Below, piece by piece: positions 54,008-56,521 of a stretch of 56,521 bases of DNA. The stretch spans positions 1 through 56,521 of the IMG/VR virus record IMGVR_UViG_3300020152_000005; one strand, 5' to 3'. The DNA is from a virus (Duplodnaviria; Caudoviricetes). Each line of letters starts with the position of its first letter. The stretch's first letter is position 1. The translations under genes and the position numbers were made by a program. Below the pieces are notes generated by a model that saw only the letters and a list, made by a program, of their open reading frames with translations, did not search any database and was not told the origin of the DNA.

Positions 54008-55110
54008 CAGTCGATCCCTTCGTCGTAGTCTCGGTCGTCGCCTAGCGTCTCTTCCGCTTCGGCGTTGTAGCGCTCGGCGAGCTCGCGGTTCTCGAGCTTC
54101 TGCACGAGCTCGTCGTAGAGGTCCCGCGGCACGTCTCGCGAATGCGCGATCGGCGGCTGCGCCTCGCTCAGAAGCAGCTTGACCGCGTCGTGCGTCCATC
54201 CGGCCTTCGTCGCGATGGCCCAGAGCCGCTTCTCCTGCGCCGGGCTGATCGGCCGCTCGTCGCCGCCGCGGCCCTGCGGCTCGCCGCGGCCGCGGGGCTG
54301 CGGCTGCCCGCCCGGACCGGCGTTCGCGCGTCCTGCGCGATCCTGCGAGCTCTGGCGGCCCTTCTCGCCGCCCGCCTGACCCTGTCGAGCCTGCAGAGCG
54401 TCGTAGAGCGCCTTCGCGGCGTCGCGCGCGTAGTCCTCGAAGCTGTTGCTCTTCTTCCGGGTCGTCTCGTCGGCGAAGAAGCGCGTCGCCTTCCACCGGC
54501 GGCCGCGGAATTCGAGCTCGAGGTCGTCGGGGAAGCCGGCATTGACGAGCGGGCTCAGGTAGTCGAGCGCCTTCTGATGCGCCGGGCTGCGCTGCTTCTG
54601 TCCGCCGCCGCTCGAGCGCTGCTGCCCGCCGCCGCCCTGCCGGCGCTGTTGCTGCCCGCCGCCACCACCGCCGCCACCGCTCGAGCGCTCCGGGTCGTCG
54701 CCGGTCGAGATCAGCAGGTTCTTCAGGTAGAAGTATTTGATCCCGCCGGTCATCGCCTTGTAGACGCCCTTGTCCTGCCCATCCTGCCCCTGACCGAGCC
54801 AGCTGCCCTGCAGCTCGAATCCCGTCTCGAGGTCGATCAGCCGCCAGCCGAGCTCGAGCGTCGTGATGCCGCTCTCGCCGTTCTTGCCGGCGGGTCGATA
54901 GCTCTCGCTGCGCGCTTCCCAGATCATCGCGAGGCCGTACTGCGCGAGCTTCGAGCGCAGGTGCGTGACGAGGTCTTCCTCTTTCACGTAGTTGTAGCGG
55001 AAGTGCTCGTTGTAGCCGGCCTTTGCGATCGGCTCGAGGCTGTCGATCAGGTTTGAAAACTTCGTCGCGAGCTGCTGTCGCAGCTCGAGCTCTGTCGCCT
55101 GCGCGGTCAT
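54007..55110 (-). CDS. ERF-family single-strand annealing protein
   Basis: KAGYN..RYNY, GQDGQDKGVYKAMTGGIKY, ISTGDDPE; Gly/Gln-rich linker. Confidence 0.9.
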   Translation of the reverse strand: MTAQATELELRQQLATKFSNLIDSLEPIAKAGYNEHFRYNYVKEEDLVTHLRSKLAQYGLAMIWEARSESYRPAGKNGESGITTLELGWRLIDLETGFELQGSWLGQGQDGQDKGVYKAMTGGIKYFYLKNLLISTGDDPERSSGGGGGGGGQQQRRQGGGGQQRSSGGGQKQRSPAHQKALDYLSPLVNAGFPDDLELEFRGRRWKATRFFADETTRKKSNSFEDYARDAAKALYDALQARQGQAGGEKGRQSSQDRAGRANAGPGGQPQPRGRGEPQGRGGDERPISPAQEKRLWAIATKAGWTHDAVKLLLSEAQPPIAHSRDVPRDLYDELVQKLENRELAERYNAEAEETLGDDRDYDEGID

Positions 55111-55133
55111 CTGGGGTGCTCTCCGGGGTGCAA

Positions 55134-55186
55134 GGTTCGGTGCTGCTCTCGGGTGCTACTATCGCGGGCTCAGCTTTCGCCCGCAA
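55134..55186 (-). promoter_or_regulatory. Promoter with GAGAGCAGCAC leader
   Basis: TTGCGG-N17-GATAGT-N7-GAGAGCAGCACCGAACC. Confidence 0.65.
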
Positions 55187-56521
55187 GCCCATACTTTGCG
55201 ACGAGCCGGTCGGCGAGCGCGTTCAGGATGCTGACGTTCGCCGTCACCTCGCGGCCGTCCAGTGTCGCCGCGCTGATCGCGCGCTTGCTCTCGATCAGCT
55301 CGACGAGCTCTTCGTCGATCGTGCCGCTCGCGAGCATGTACCACGCGGTCACGCTGTCGGCCTGTCCGATCCGGTGCAGACGGTCTTCCGCCTGATCGTG
55401 CGTCGCCGGGTTCCACGCGAGCTCGAGGAAGAGGCTGTTGCTCGCCGCGCCCTGCAGGCCGTCAACGCCAGTGCCGCCGCTCTTGATGTTCGCGACGAGG
55501 ATGCGCGCGCTCTCGTCGCGGTTGAAGCGCTCGACGGCAGCGACGCGGTCTTTCAGGCTGACGTCGCCGTAGATCAGCGGCGCGTTGTCGAACGTCGACG
55601 CGATCGCCGTCACGATCTCCTGATGCCACGCGAAGACGACGAGCTTCTCGGCCGCGACGAAATCGCGAATCCACGCCTTCGCCTGCGCCAGCTTTCCCCG
55701 CGCCGCGAGCTTCTTCAGCGCGTTGAACCTGACGAGCTGCTCAGCGGCGCGCGCTCTCATCTCGGCGCTCATCGCGCGCTCGCGCTTGCGCTGCTCCTGC
55801 TCGTCTGCCGGCAGGCCCGCGATCTCGAGCAGGAAGGCGCGGTCGGCGGCCGCCTGCTCGCCGCACCATCTCGCGACGTCGGCCTCGGCGCGGTCGTACT
55901 CGTCGCGGTTGTCGATCTCGACGCTGAACGGCTCGCGCACCTTCGCCGGCAGCTGCGGCATCGCGTCGGCCTTCAGACGCCGCACGTAGCACCGCTCGCG
56001 CAGTAGCGCGTTCAGCTCGAGCAGGCGCTTGTTGCCCTCGGCCTTCGCGACGTACGCGTACCGGCCCTTGAATTCCGAGCGGCCGCCGAAATCGTCGATC
56101 CGACCGAGAAACTCGAGCTGCGTCGCGAGGTCGGCGACGCGGTTCACGAGCACGGTGCCGCTGAGGCCGAGCCTGAGCTCGACGGGCTCGCCGATCGTTC
56201 GGGCAACCTCGCCCTCGCCCTTCTTCTTCGGCTCGAGCACGCCGCTCGCGAGCGCCAGCGCGTACCGCGTGCGCAGCGTCTTCGGGTTGCCGATGTTGTG
56301 AATCTCGTCAGCGACGATCGCGCGCAGCTTGACGCGCGACGCGATCGCCTCGGCGTGTGCGTAGACGATGTCCCAATTCAGCACGAGCAGGTCGGCGGCG
56401 GCGTACGGATCGAAGAGCTCGCCGCCGGTGCTTCTGCCCTCGAGCACGCGCACGGTTCTGCCGGGCAGCCACTGCCGCGCCTTCGCGGCCCATTGCAGCT
56501 TCACGCTGGCCGGGCAGAGCA
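55170..56521 (-). CDS. SNF2-family helicase, C-terminal part (begins at 899 across the junction)
   Basis: IVADEIH, LSGT..N, RRLK, KLVVFA, GTGVDGLQ, WNP..QAEDRLHRIGQ. Confidence 0.93.
   Translation of the reverse strand, partial: LCPASVKLQWAAKARQWLPGRTVRVLEGRSTGGELFDPYAAADLLVLNWDIVYAHAEAIASRVKLRAIVADEIHNIGNPKTLRTRYALALASGVLEPKKKGEGEVARTIGEPVELRLGLSGTVLVNRVADLATQLEFLGRIDDFGGRSEFKGRYAYVAKAEGNKRLLELNALLRERCYVRRLKADAMPQLPAKVREPFSVEIDNRDEYDRAEADVARWCGEQAAADRAFLLEIAGLPADEQEQRKRERAMSAEMRARAAEQLVRFNALKKLAARGKLAQAKAWIRDFVAAEKLVVFAWHQEIVTAIASTFDNAPLIYGDVSLKDRVAAVERFNRDESARILVANIKSGGTGVDGLQGAASNSLFLELAWNPATHDQAEDRLHRIGQADSVTAWYMLASGTIDEELVELIESKRAISAATLDGREVTANVSILNALADRLVAKYGLAGES
56395..56521. repeat. 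Terminal direct repeat, right copy
   Basis: Identical to 1-127. Confidence 0.95.

Noticed and set aside
54540-54700. GCC/CCG-rich tandem repeat
   Set aside because: Encodes the Gly/Gln linker of the ERF protein
53717-55192. 491-aa minus-strand ORF as a single gene
   Set aside because: Only the last 96 codons (from ATG 54007) look real; the rest overlaps ERF out of frame. Other ORF-track starts were trimmed for the same reason
56395-56521. 127-bp repeat as a biological terminal repeat
   Set aside because: It falls mid-helicase and equals a usual k-mer length, so it is best read as a circular assembly overlap
1-56521. tRNA, rRNA or IS elements
   Set aside because: No cloverleaf, rRNA-like or transposase signature noticed by eye; tRNAscan-SE was not run

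Overview
The window is an apparently complete circular dsDNA tailed-phage genome (siphovirus-type, high GC). Its unique length is 56,394 bp, because bases 1-127 repeat at 56395-56521, most likely as an assembly overlap. Every credible gene is on the minus strand. In transcription order it carries: SNF2 helicase (spanning the junction), ERF, Ner/Cro-like HTH, Gp157, an HTH initiator with internal iterons, a DnaC-like loader, a lipoprotein, many small early genes (ParB, beta clamp, Dam-type MTase, Mom-like GNAT, ASCH, XRE, DUF1643, VRR-NUC), ParB-MTase, terminase, portal, a 1353-aa MuF protein, head and tail genes, a 2136-aa tail protein, and a lysis cassette. I recognised no integrase or divergent CI repressor. 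Two observations stand out. (1) Five sigma70-like promoters would start transcripts with the same leader, GAGAGCAGCAC, and a single predicted plus-strand ~85-nt small RNA (about 52946-53033) is complementary to that leader and to many ribosome-binding sites. This is a candidate RNA-based master regulator. (2) The MuF protein ends in tandem kinase-like and ADP-ribosyltransferase-like domains, followed by a small acidic candidate immunity gene. Synonymous codon choices also suggest avoidance of several restriction sites. The host is inferred, without database support, to be Gemmatimonadota/FCB group. All family assignments come from recognising motifs by eye; no searches were run.
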